IMG/VR virus record: IMGVR_UViG_3300010413_002660
Origin: a virus
Direction: 5' to 3' (one strand)
DNA length: 25,157 bases
Within the stretch, counting starts at the first letter, position 1. Each line of letters opens with the position of its first letter. Made by a program: the position numbers and the translations under genes. The notes under the pieces are model-generated. The model was given only the letters and a program-made list of their open reading frames with translations, searched no databases and was not told the origin of the DNA. Shown here one piece after another: positions 14,171 to 22,530 of the stretch.

Positions 14171-14183
14171 TAGGGTAAGAGGG
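14171..14183. repeat. Dispersed hairpin repeat core TAGGGTAAGAGGG, copy 4
   Basis: CCTCTTA-GGG-TAAGAGG inside an outer AGGCCTTT/AAAGGCCT stem; 72 nt upstream of ORF 13872-14099. Confidence 0.85.
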
Positions 14184-14412
14184 ATAAATATAAAAGGCCT
14201 ATAGAATGTACATGCGTGATAAATGCGCTATATTTATTTAGACCAACCCTTCACATTCTAAATATATCAGACGTTCTAATGGGATTAGAGGGTAACGTCT
14301 GAAGGGAATGCATCTGATAAATTTAAGGTTTCGTCATTTCGGAATGTACCTAAATGGGAATTTTTGGGAAAAATGGACAATTTTTGCCCATTTCTCCCTA
14401 ATTTTCATAAAA

Positions 14413-14886
14413 TTACAAGTTTTCAAGAGCCAATTTTCTACGCAAAGCATCTGCTTCCTGTGCTCTTCGAATCCTAGCATTTTCAGCTGCTACTTTCTTC
14501 CTATATTCCTTCTTTTTCACAGCTCGTTGGCGAGCTTTAAGCAATAGCTCATAACCTTCTAGTGAAGCATACTTTTTCAGGGTATATCTCAAACTACTCA
14601 TACGCCACCGGCTATGAATTTTCGTTACATGCTCAGCAAATAAATCTGCATGGATTACAGATGAACATTCAAACTCCTCGCTCCTGGTCTTAGCAATAGA
14701 TGTACGAGGTGTGTAATCACATTGGACTTTGTTTTCTTTAGCTTTCGCTTTACTTACCTTGTAGTTCTTGCGGGGCGGGTGTGTGGCGGCATCTCTTCGC
14801 TTCTTTGTTTTAGGTGCCTTACCACTACTCTTTTTCTGGGTAGTCATGTCCATAGAAATGATAAGACCACCGCTTTGTTCTGCCAT
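14413..14886 (-). CDS. Very basic hypothetical protein (157 aa), possible nucleic-acid binder
   Basis: TAAATG coupling to the upstream gene; K/R-rich. Confidence 0.7.
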   Translation of the reverse strand: MAEQSGGLIISMDMTTQKKSSGKAPKTKKRRDAATHPPRKNYKVSKAKAKENKVQCDYTPRTSIAKTRSEEFECSSVIHADLFAEHVTKIHSRWRMSSLRYTLKKYASLEGYELLLKARQRAVKKKEYRKKVAAENARIRRAQEADALRRKLALENL

Positions 14887-15183
14887 TTAAGCCTCCTTAA
14901 CTTTCTTTATCTCATACTCAGTCATAACTAGTCTCATGTGAGTTAGGATGATTTCCGCAATCACTTGGTGGTGCTTCTTTTCCATACCAGTTAATTCTTC
15001 AAAAGAAGAATTTCTTTGACGCCACCACATCTGCGACAGTACTGGGTTCAGTACTAAACATCCATTAGGAATCATTTCTCCGCCCTTAAACAGTAAGCCC
15101 AACCACTGTTGCCAAATGTCATGCACGCGTAGAGTAATTTCTTTCTCTAATATTTCGAGCAGCTCTTCATCCATTATTGCCAT
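14887..15183 (-). CDS. Hypothetical protein (98 aa); paralog of 15553-15858
   Basis: Shared D[IV]WQ.WLG.LF..GEM..[ND]G...LN......WWRQRNSSFE; SD TAGGAG. Confidence 0.85.
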   Translation of the reverse strand: MAIMDEELLEILEKEITLRVHDIWQQWLGLLFKGGEMIPNGCLVLNPVLSQMWWRQRNSSFEELTGMEKKHHQVIAEIILTHMRLVMTEYEIKKVKEA

Positions 15184-15202
15184 TGGTTTCTCCTATTATT
15201 AG

Positions 15203-15556
15203 TTATATGGAGGGAGGCTCACCATAATCGTTGGCATCTTTATCACCCTGCCATAAGAAGAACACAATAAGAACGATTGGCCCAACGAAGGGAACCAAGA
15301 TAAACAAATACCACCATCCTGTTTTATTTATATCATGTAATCTTCTTACAGATACAGCTATGGCTGGAAGTAATACAATAAGGGAGAACAACCCAGCCAC
15401 AGCCGCCTGTTCAGTTCCTGTGATAGCATTTTCCAACACAGTTAATGCAAATACTATAGCGAGATTTATCAGAAAGAAAGTCCAATATTCTTTCCTGTTC
15501 GCCCTTCCGCTGAATACGACGTATTTCTTAAACGTCGCAAAATACGTATTCATCAC
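15203..15556 (-). CDS. DUF805 (YhaH-like) membrane protein
   Basis: KKYVVFSGRA.RKEYW...LLPAIAVSVRRLHDINKTGWW signature. Confidence 0.92.
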   Translation of the reverse strand: MMNTYFATFKKYVVFSGRANRKEYWTFFLINLAIVFALTVLENAITGTEQAAVAGLFSLIVLLPAIAVSVRRLHDINKTGWWYLFILVPFVGPIVLIVFFLWQGDKDANDYGEPPSI

Positions 15557-15858
15557 ATTCTCCTTTCTGCTTCTGCTAGTTTTGTTTCTAATTCTTTCTT
15601 TAATACGCCGTGCTTAACATGGAATATGATTTCATCCACGATAGCCTTATGGCTTGCTTTCTCGTCATCATGGAAGTTTTCAAATGAGGAGTTTCTTTGC
15701 CTCCACCACCGCTCCGATGTCTCTTTGTTTAATATGAAACGACCATCTGAGCCCATCTCTCCATTACGAAATAGATAACCTAGCCATTTCTGCCAGACAT
15801 CATTTATACATCGTGTAAGTTCATCTTCCACGGCATCAAACAGCTCTTTTTCATCCAT
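15553..15858 (-). CDS. Hypothetical protein (101 aa); paralog of 14887-15183
   Basis: See paralog; SD TAGGAG. Confidence 0.85.
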   Translation of the reverse strand: MDEKELFDAVEDELTRCINDVWQKWLGYLFRNGEMGSDGRFILNKETSERWWRQRNSSFENFHDDEKASHKAIVDEIIFHVKHGVLKKELETKLAEAERRM

Positions 15859-15885
15859 TGTTTTCTCCTAACACGATTAGTCTTA

Positions 15886-16329
15886 TTAGTTATATGGTGG
15901 GTGTGCTAATAACCATAGCATAACTCCAATTGCAATTGCAATGCCATAGGCCTCACTAGTAACCTTCTCCAATGGATCCCAAAGATATCGTGGGAAATTA
16001 TATGTGCCAACAAGTTTGGTCCAATATTCAGACATAAACCACAAGAATATTGGTAGACCACCATAATACCAAGGCCAGCCCATGGAAATTATTTTATAAG
16101 AGAGTATGCCTGTCACACATGCTAATATTAAATAAATAAAAGAAGCAATAATGACCTCACTCCTTAATCTTCTCTCCATCTTCTCTTGTATCTTATCTCG
16201 TTCCTGCTGATTAAACATGTCCATAAAGAGTTTAGTTCTTGCGTCATCAGCAGCAGATTGCATTTCATTGGATTTGTTTTTAAATTCTTCGAACCGTCTA
16301 GGGTAGAGTTTCTCTATTATATCAAACAT
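15886..16329 (-). CDS. Hypothetical membrane protein (147 aa, MFDIIEKLYP...)
   Basis: Start reassigned to ATG 16329 behind AAAGGA; about three TM segments. Confidence 0.75.
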   Translation of the reverse strand: MFDIIEKLYPRRFEEFKNKSNEMQSAADDARTKLFMDMFNQQERDKIQEKMERRLRSEVIIASFIYLILACVTGILSYKIISMGWPWYYGGLPIFLWFMSEYWTKLVGTYNFPRYLWDPLEKVTSEAYGIAIAIGVMLWLLAHPPYN

Positions 16330-16385
16330 GATAATCCTTTCAGCCTGATGCGGCATTGACAGCCAACACCGCACCAAGCCTTGGT

Positions 16386-16856
16386 TCAGGGCAAAGGCAC
16401 CAAGCTGAGCAAAGGCCTGTCACCAAGGAGACGGGGATTCTTCTCAAAGATTTCAAACTTCAAGAGTTTGTCTTTAAGAGAAGGATCCAGCTGTTTCGCG
16501 TTCTCCTTTATCACAGGTCTGAGCTTGGCAACTGCCTGTTTTTGCCCAAAAGCTACACACAGCATGTACCTGTAGGTAATGCCATTGATGTCGAGCGGAT
16601 CAGCTTTCAGGTCGATCTGATCCACTATCATCTGTGCAGCCTTGGGCAACACTCTCGGATCTCGGCATTCTTCCGCGAATGTCAACGCGTCTTCGAGCCT
16701 ACCTTCCTTGAGCAACTTTTTGATCTGCCATGGACTTGCGTCCACTGCTAGCTCAACAGCTCGCCGCGTGAGTGCTTGAACAGATTGAAAGCCATCTGCC
16801 CAAGAGTTTACTCCAACCACCCTGCCATCATCAACGACGATGCTAGGCTGAGGCAT
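16386..16856 (-). CDS. Hypothetical protein (156 aa)
   Basis: SD AAGGAG. Confidence 0.8.
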   Translation of the reverse strand: MPQPSIVVDDGRVVGVNSWADGFQSVQALTRRAVELAVDASPWQIKKLLKEGRLEDALTFAEECRDPRVLPKAAQMIVDQIDLKADPLDINGITYRYMLCVAFGQKQAVAKLRPVIKENAKQLDPSLKDKLLKFEIFEKNPRLLGDRPLLSLVPLP

Positions 16857-16883
16857 GACTGTCTCCTTTCTTGTTGTTGAGTG

Positions 16884-17081
16884 TTAGTGTTTTGGTCCGT
16901 CTTCTGGGGTGAGCAGATGCGGGCGTCTGCCATTTAGATACTCTATCAGATCTTCAATGCAAAGTTTATATCCAATCCACTGTGAATGTCCAGCAGCTGT
17001 TTTTGATTTTCTAATGAATTCCTCTACCAACTTAGAGGCATGTTGTGCCTCAGCTATTACCTGATCCAGATCCAGGTCCAT
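16884..17081 (-). CDS. Small hypothetical protein (65 aa, MDLDLDQVIA...)
   Basis: ATG 17081 behind AAGGA; overlaps the FmdB tail. Confidence 0.6.
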   Translation of the reverse strand: MDLDLDQVIAEAQHASKLVEEFIRKSKTAAGHSQWIGYKLCIEDLIEYLNGRRPHLLTPEDGPKH

Positions 17082-17289
17082 CTTTGTCCTTACCTCGTGG
17101 CTTTCGATCCTTATTGTAACCGTCCTTGGACCAGCCACTACCTTTTAGTGAAAAGTTAGATCGACTTAGTATGCGGCGCGCTCCCATACCACATTTGGCA
17201 CATGGAGCATACTCCGCATCATCTATATGATCTCTCAATACTTCCGAAATATGCCCACAACTAAGGCATTCGTATTCATAAATGGGCAT
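17050..17289 (-). CDS. FmdB-family zinc-ribbon regulatory protein (79 aa)
   Basis: MPIYEYECLSCGH...CAKCG...RILSRSNFSLKGSGW signature; start at ATG 17289. Confidence 0.9.
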   Translation of the reverse strand: MPIYEYECLSCGHISEVLRDHIDDAEYAPCAKCGMGARRILSRSNFSLKGSGWSKDGYNKDRKPRGKDKDGPGSGSGNS

Positions 17290-17659
17290 CTCTTGTTTTC
17301 CTTCGACTAAGTATATAAGCTTTAGCCTCATTAAATGAGATAACATTATCCGCTGTTGGTTTGTCTTCTTCTTTATCCAATAGAGGATCAAAGTTACTCA
17401 TAGAAATTGTTTTGCGACCAATAAAGAATCCCAACAACAAAGCATTCTTAACAGTTAATTCTTCGCAACCAATTACTATCTCGTCTTCGTTTTCTCCACG
17501 TAAAGCTATTTCCTGGGCCTCCATCATCGCTTTTGTTAACATTTCAGCGAATTCATCTAATGATTGAGGCAGAGTTGTATTCAAGATAGATTCTTGTACT
17601 TTCTCAGAAATTGACATGTAATCAGCTAATAGATCACTAAGCAATAAAGGTTTTGGCAT
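17276..17659 (-). CDS. Hypothetical acidic protein (127 aa)
   Basis: SD GAGGT; co-oriented. Confidence 0.75.
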   Translation of the reverse strand: MPKPLLLSDLLADYMSISEKVQESILNTTLPQSLDEFAEMLTKAMMEAQEIALRGENEDEIVIGCEELTVKNALLLGFFIGRKTISMSNFDPLLDKEEDKPTADNVISFNEAKAYILSRRKTRDAHL

Positions 17660-17753
17660 TGATATTACCTCTATTTGTCTGTATATAGTATATAACAGAA
17701 ATAGATGACTGCTGGTATTCCACGAATCAGTCTTATGATTCCATTAATTATTT

Positions 17754-18218
17754 TCATGATTGTTCCTCCAAATATATTTGAGCACTTCTTCTTTCTTCTC
17801 TTGTAGCTGTCCATACATGATAATCATAATCAGGATCGCTTCTGAACCACATGATATCACCATCATTGAGAAGGCGGGCCAGCCACCATACATTATAGAA
17901 ATCATCCCACTCAGGATCCAAACAAAGTTCTAGAAAATAGTCTTCTGCTGGGCATTCCATATCTTCTAATCCATCCCAAATTTCTATTTGAATAGTGCCA
18001 TTACTGGCATTAAAGACATATATAGCACCACAATTATGACAGAACTCTCCGTGTGGGTCTATTAAATGTCGCACATATTCAGGATAGATCTGTAACATAT
18101 CTAATTTTGTCCCAATAGTCCAAGACTCTAGGCATCTTTCATCTCTGATTTTTAATTGCACATACTGGGACATACCACAAACAGGACAGAAGAACCGTAG
18201 TTCATCATATAGTCCCAT
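17754..18218 (-). CDS. Hypothetical zinc-ribbon protein (154 aa; CPVC...CHNC)
   Basis: SD AGGAG; two CxxC motifs. Confidence 0.8.
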   Translation of the reverse strand: MGLYDELRFFCPVCGMSQYVQLKIRDERCLESWTIGTKLDMLQIYPEYVRHLIDPHGEFCHNCGAIYVFNASNGTIQIEIWDGLEDMECPAEDYFLELCLDPEWDDFYNVWWLARLLNDGDIMWFRSDPDYDYHVWTATREERRSAQIYLEEQS

Positions 18219-18228
18219 CTTATCTCTC

Positions 18229-18555
18229 CTATTCTAGGTATTTACCAATGATCTCTTCCGTAGGAAAAATATCATCCCTGTCCATAACTTCCACATCAAA
18301 TACTGTGGAAGCAATGTAATATACATTGGCAGGGATTTTAGCTTCGGTTAGTCTCTGTTTGATGAGTTGTATATTGAATCTTTTTGCTACCTCATATCTC
18401 ATTAGGTAGGAACTAGGCCTAAGTTGACGTATATATGCCCTCTCTTCCTCTGAGTACACTGGCATCCCACAAAGAGGACACCCATGCCAAAGAGTAATAG
18501 TACCACATGTTTTAGGATCGCTACCCTTCCAGCTACATGATCCACAATAATACAT
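18229..18555 (-). CDS. Hypothetical zinc-ribbon protein (108 aa; CGSC...CPLC)
   Basis: SD GGAGG; two CxxC motifs. Confidence 0.8.
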   Translation of the reverse strand: MYYCGSCSWKGSDPKTCGTITLWHGCPLCGMPVYSEEERAYIRQLRPSSYLMRYEVAKRFNIQLIKQRLTEAKIPANVYYIASTVFDVEVMDRDDIFPTEEIIGKYLE

Positions 18556-18592
18556 TATGCCTCCATCTGCACAATTTTTTAGGATATGTACA

Positions 18593-18608
18593 CGGGGCCG
18601 AAGCCCCG
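18593..18608 (-). terminator. cUUCGg hairpin (terminator or stabiliser)
   Basis: CGGGGC-TTCG-GCCCCG on the minus strand right after the stop at 18613; lacks a U-tract. Confidence 0.4.
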
Positions 18609-18612
18609 CATA

Positions 18613-18849
18613 CTATTTAATAGACTTGATCCACTTGGCCTCAATGTTAGCCTTTTGAGCGATAGACTCATATAGCCATACAGCTAGATCTTTCTCGCTC
18701 GTAAACTCATGAAGAGTTGATCCATCTTCTAGGATAATCTTTTCTGCATCAGGTGCCAGCTTGATACGTACTCTACCACCGACCAACAACTGATATGCAG
18801 CTATAGCAGTGGAAACATGAGAGATGTGCTCTAGGCATACCATTAGCAT
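18613..18849 (-). CDS. Hypothetical protein (78 aa)
   Basis: Overlaps the upstream stop; co-oriented. Confidence 0.65.
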   Translation of the reverse strand: MLMVCLEHISHVSTAIAAYQLLVGGRVRIKLAPDAEKIILEDGSTLHEFTSEKDLAVWLYESIAQKANIEAKWIKSIK

Positions 18850-19094
18850 GCCCCTTGCAGATACTCTGCTGCAGAATCTCTGTCTTTTTCCTTCCCGCGC
18901 TGTTTAGTCCACGTCTCGAAAGACTCAGAACAATTGTTCAGCAATGCAGTCACTCTTCTCTCAAACCCCTCTCCACCTGGAATCAACAAGTCTGGATCCA
19001 GATCAAAATCTTCATCACTTATGGGTGCATCCACCCAGAATGGCATGGGGTGGCCTGCAAAATTACTTTTCCTTGTGCCCGCCTCATACCACAT
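18843..19094 (-). CDS. Hypothetical protein (83 aa, MWYEAGTRK...)
   Basis: Start reassigned to ATG 19094 behind AGGAGG. Confidence 0.65.
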   Translation of the reverse strand: MWYEAGTRKSNFAGHPMPFWVDAPISDEDFDLDPDLLIPGGEGFERRVTALLNNCSESFETWTKQRGKEKDRDSAAEYLQGAC

Positions 19095-19245
19095 CGGGAG
19101 TAACCTCCTCCTTAAAAGAAACAAATGCTCGAAGAGCTGCTTCTTCGTATGCATTGATCTCTTCAGCTGAGAAAGTAGCTCCTTTTTGTTCACACTCTTC
19201 GAAGTTTGAGCATCCTTCGCATGTTACTTTTTCATCAACTAACAT
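19084..19245 (-). CDS. Small Cys-motif protein (53 aa; CEGCSNFEEC)
   Basis: ATG 19245 behind AGAAAGGA. Confidence 0.65.
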   Translation of the reverse strand: MLVDEKVTCEGCSNFEECEQKGATFSAEEINAYEEAALRAFVSFKEEVTPDVV

Positions 19246-19362
19246 TAGTTTTTCCTTTCTTGAGTTTTTGGAGAAGCCGTCCATACCAAGAGTCTAATAG
19301 CATCAGGACATATGATACTACTATCAGACTCATCAATCCTAATGCTAAATAGAATCCGTCTG

Positions 19363-19683
19363 TCATTGTTCTTCCTCGAAATTTATCTGGAATCCCACCT
19401 TACCATCTTCATAAGTTGCTAACCAAAAGCCCGTCACATGATAACCTACCGGCGGGGTAAATACCTTATTTGTTTCTTTTTGTAGCATCTTGGATACAGC
19501 CTCAGGATTTGGTCCGTCAGCCATCAACCGGACATACTTATCATTCACTCGCTTAAAGCACTTTTCACACCACAAATGAGCAGTATGTACTATAGCATCC
19601 ACCCTAAATGTCATGGGGTGCGGGGTGTATATGTTTCCTCTACAGGAAGCACATTCAGTATTCTTCTTTCCTGTATATTTCAT
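19363..19683 (-). CDS. Hypothetical zinc-finger protein (106 aa; CASC...CEKC)
   Basis: TGATG overlap with the upstream stop; two CxxC motifs. Confidence 0.75.
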   Translation of the reverse strand: MKYTGKKNTECASCRGNIYTPHPMTFRVDAIVHTAHLWCEKCFKRVNDKYVRLMADGPNPEAVSKMLQKETNKVFTPPVGYHVTGFWLATYEDGKVGFQINFEEEQ

Positions 19684-20300
19684 CAGTCCAGCCTCACGTA
19701 CGCTGGGGCAATTTTGGTTTGCCCAGCTAAAGCCTGTTTAGCTTTATGTGTAGCAGCCTCTATCGCCTTAAGAAACATTTCTCCAGGATCGGAAACAATA
19801 GATAAGCATACACATGGCTTAGATGTCCTAGCCTTACGTATCCAACCTTTGGCCTTGGGATGTTTTAATGTTCCACCTCCCCAATCAACCAGTGGTTCAT
19901 TACAATCTGGGCATCTTGGGATAGATAACGCTCCTATATACCACTCTGTTGGTTCTTTACGGTTCCCAGCGCGACAAGGATAATCTTGTGTACTGGTTAT
20001 AACATAAACATTAATTACTGGAGGAAGGCCAAATTTTTCATGATAAATGACAATATGGTCTCCCTCATGGACGGGGAAAGCAGCCTGAAACTTATGATGT
20101 TTCTGTCTATAAATTGGAGACAAACGTTCTCCGTCTGGTCCACAAATTATCATAGACCAAACTTCACTTGTGAATGTCATTGTTTGTTCCCATAAAACAA
20201 CAGCTTTTGTTGCTGAATCCGAAGCTAAAACGTATTTTATGGGTAAATTCGGATTCAATCTCCAATAAGGAATATCGTTACTAAGACTCGTTGGTGTCAT
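19683..20300 (-). CDS. Hypothetical protein (205 aa, MTPTSLSND...) with an internal CPDC...CVC segment
   Basis: Start reassigned to ATG 20300 behind GAAGGA. Confidence 0.75.
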   Translation of the reverse strand: MTPTSLSNDIPYWRLNPNLPIKYVLASDSATKAVVLWEQTMTFTSEVWSMIICGPDGERLSPIYRQKHHKFQAAFPVHEGDHIVIYHEKFGLPPVINVYVITSTQDYPCRAGNRKEPTEWYIGALSIPRCPDCNEPLVDWGGGTLKHPKAKGWIRKARTSKPCVCLSIVSDPGEMFLKAIEAATHKAKQALAGQTKIAPAYVRLD

Positions 20301-20466
20301 TATAGTTCCTTCTATCGAACTTTCTACATGCCTCTTTGGAATCACGCTTATGTTTGTTCCCGTGATGCCCAGGTTTACAATGAACCAGCATAAAGAGGGC
20401 AAGAGGACTTCTTCCTTTTATATCTTCCAATCGCTTTTTCTTTATCCTTCTTTTCCTCTTTTTCAT
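20281..20466 (-). CDS. Small, very basic protein (61 aa)
   Basis: SD GGAGG; K/R/H-rich. Confidence 0.7.
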   Translation of the reverse strand: MKKRKRRIKKKRLEDIKGRSPLALFMLVHCKPGHHGNKHKRDSKEACRKFDRRNYNDTNES

Positions 20467-20495
20467 AGTAAAACCTCCGCACCACGGGTAACAGG

Positions 20496-21266
20496 TTACT
20501 TCAAGAAGAAATCAGTCTCCTCGAACAGATCAGCCAACCCATGATCATCAGTAGATTCTTGTGCTGGCTTAGGATTACCGAGACCAAGCTTATCAATAAG
20601 AGTCTGGACTCCTCCTGTTCGTATCATGTCCTCTTGTTGTCGATCCATAGCAGCAGACAATTCTGGATCATTCCAGATATTGATCATTTCTCTTGCTGCA
20701 GCTCCCATAATGAAAGCTTCAGAAAAATAATAAGTTATAACATCGGCGCACTCTTGGAATGTGGCATTGTTGTCATGACAATCTCTGAGTGCCTTGAAGC
20801 TTAGCCCAGTTATTGAATGAACTGTATCCGGGCCAACCTCTATAGATACTGCGTCTGGATCAGCTGCGTATTCCTCTATCCACTTGCCCAATTTTTGTGG
20901 GGTGATCAGATAGGTCTCAAATGGTTTGATAGAGAACCCAGAAGCAGCACCGAAGCGCAATGCTGTCACAATCAGTGCAGACATCGCAAACATCTGCTGC
21001 TTACTGGGCAACGCATTGAAGTTGATCTCCAGCATGAAATTGAGCACCACCTTGCGGGAGAACGAGATGATCTGATCAATCGGATAACGACCATCGAATA
21101 CAGCCTTGTACTTATTCATCTGATCTTCCACAATAGTGATGAGATGCATGCCGATAACGTCCTTGCCCTCGTACAATTCGTACTTTTCTCTGGGTTCTGT
21201 CCAGTCCTCGTCGCTACGCGGGATCAGCTTTGCCATCAACTCGGCCAGTTCGTCTCTGATATCCAT
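20496..21266 (-). CDS. Hypothetical acidic protein (256 aa)
   Basis: SD AGAAAGGA; long open frame. Confidence 0.85.
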   Translation of the reverse strand: MDIRDELAELMAKLIPRSDEDWTEPREKYELYEGKDVIGMHLITIVEDQMNKYKAVFDGRYPIDQIISFSRKVVLNFMLEINFNALPSKQQMFAMSALIVTALRFGAASGFSIKPFETYLITPQKLGKWIEEYAADPDAVSIEVGPDTVHSITGLSFKALRDCHDNNATFQECADVITYYFSEAFIMGAAAREMINIWNDPELSAAMDRQQEDMIRTGGVQTLIDKLGLGNPKPAQESTDDHGLADLFEETDFFLK

Positions 21267-21627
21267 TGTTTTTCCTTTCTGGTGTATAAAACAATATGAT
21301 TGTCTTACCAGTTTTTCCTTCGAATACAGTTATTTTATTTCTTGTGAGTTTCTTCAGGTATTCGAGTATTATGCTCTCGTCTACCACCCTATGACCATTA
21401 ACATATAAGGTCTCCAAACGACCTCTCTTGTTATAAATAGCAATTGAAATATCTTCTGCAAAGAGATTCCTCTTCCATTGCAAGAAGCTGCCTTTATCAT
21501 TGTAACAAACTTCTGTTAAGATAACATTACTCAGTAATTCGTGATCAGCTCCTACCAAGGAAGGAACACACTTTTCATTTGCTGTTGGTATTAATTTGCT
21601 TTCTTCTACTATTCTTAATTCTAACAT
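21214..21627 (-). CDS. Hypothetical protein (~137 aa, MLELRIVEES...)
   Basis: Fills the gap after MYG1; no clear SD; 53-nt overlap downstream. Confidence 0.55.
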   Translation of the reverse strand: MLELRIVEESKLIPTANEKCVPSLVGADHELLSNVILTEVCYNDKGSFLQWKRNLFAEDISIAIYNKRGRLETLYVNGHRVVDESIILEYLKKLTRNKITVFEGKTGKTIILFYTPERKNNGYQRRTGRVDGKADPA

Positions 21628-21635
21628 AAATTCTA

Positions 21636-22529
21636 TCAATTAGAAATAGCACGATCTGCCATCTCCAACGCTCCTTCTTTAGTACTAGCAACACACAAAA
21701 ACTGTGAGCGATGACAGAATACAGCGGATTCTATTCCGCTGATCTCTACGAGATCTTCGTCTCTTTTACCAGCCCAATCAGCTGGGAATAATGGAGGTGA
21801 AGGGCCTCCTATCTTATCTGGAACGGTTTGAGCTACCCATGACTGTGATCTCTCGTCTGGAAAAACAATTACTTCTGCCTGGGGAGCATTCAAAACAACT
21901 TGTTCTTGCCAAGGAGCATAAAAAGGCATGACTATGACAGACGAATCCTTTTGTTGCTCCACAAGTTTACCCACACCTTCTTGATCTAACAACCATGCCT
22001 GAGTTCTCCTGATCTCTCTAGAGATTAGTCCTTGTGCCAAATTGACCGCACCCATAAATGCATCATAATAGACCTGGGCGATGTCTGCTGGTTGCATCCA
22101 TCTAGTGTGACGTGCAGATGGTCTGAATGAGGCAATAATCTTGGACAAATCATACAAAGCAAATCCATTTATTGCTTTCGCAGTTTCCAAACCATTGTCC
22201 TGCGCGTCCACCGTTGCGAAGAGAGACGAATCTAGTTTCTCCCACACCTCCAGAGACGGAAACAGTATATCCTTGTGATGTAATGCAACCAAACCACAGG
22301 CCGCATAAGGCACACCGGATGCTCTACAGAAATTAAAGTCTGCCTGATGATGATCAAAATCAGTGGGTGGATCATACTTCATACCAACGTCAACTCGAAT
22401 CTTGGCACTTTCCAGCTTAGCCTTGTCTCTAGTTCTTATCACGATTGCATCTGGGTATAAACGTAGCAATAAAGCAACCGCGCATACATCATCCGCATGG
22501 AAAGTGCCATCATGCGTACCAATTATCAT
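21636..22529 (-). CDS. MYG1/UPF0160-family DHH metal-dependent hydrolase (putative exonuclease), 297 aa
   Basis: IGTHDGTFHADD, DVGMKYD..DFDHHQ, VDAQDNG and FCH motifs; start at ATG 22529 one base after the upstream TAA. Confidence 0.92.
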   Translation of the reverse strand: MIIGTHDGTFHADDVCAVALLLRLYPDAIVIRTRDKAKLESAKIRVDVGMKYDPPTDFDHHQADFNFCRASGVPYAACGLVALHHKDILFPSLEVWEKLDSSLFATVDAQDNGLETAKAINGFALYDLSKIIASFRPSARHTRWMQPADIAQVYYDAFMGAVNLAQGLISREIRRTQAWLLDQEGVGKLVEQQKDSSVIVMPFYAPWQEQVVLNAPQAEVIVFPDERSQSWVAQTVPDKIGGPSPPLFPADWAGKRDEDLVEISGIESAVFCHRSQFLCVASTKEGALEMADRAISN

Positions 22530-22530
22530 T

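Noticed and set aside
15196-15210. CCATATAAC as an integron attC inverse core site
   Set aside because: Does not fit RYYYAAC, has no GTTRRRY partner or attC-length palindrome, and the next SD follows within ~20 nt.
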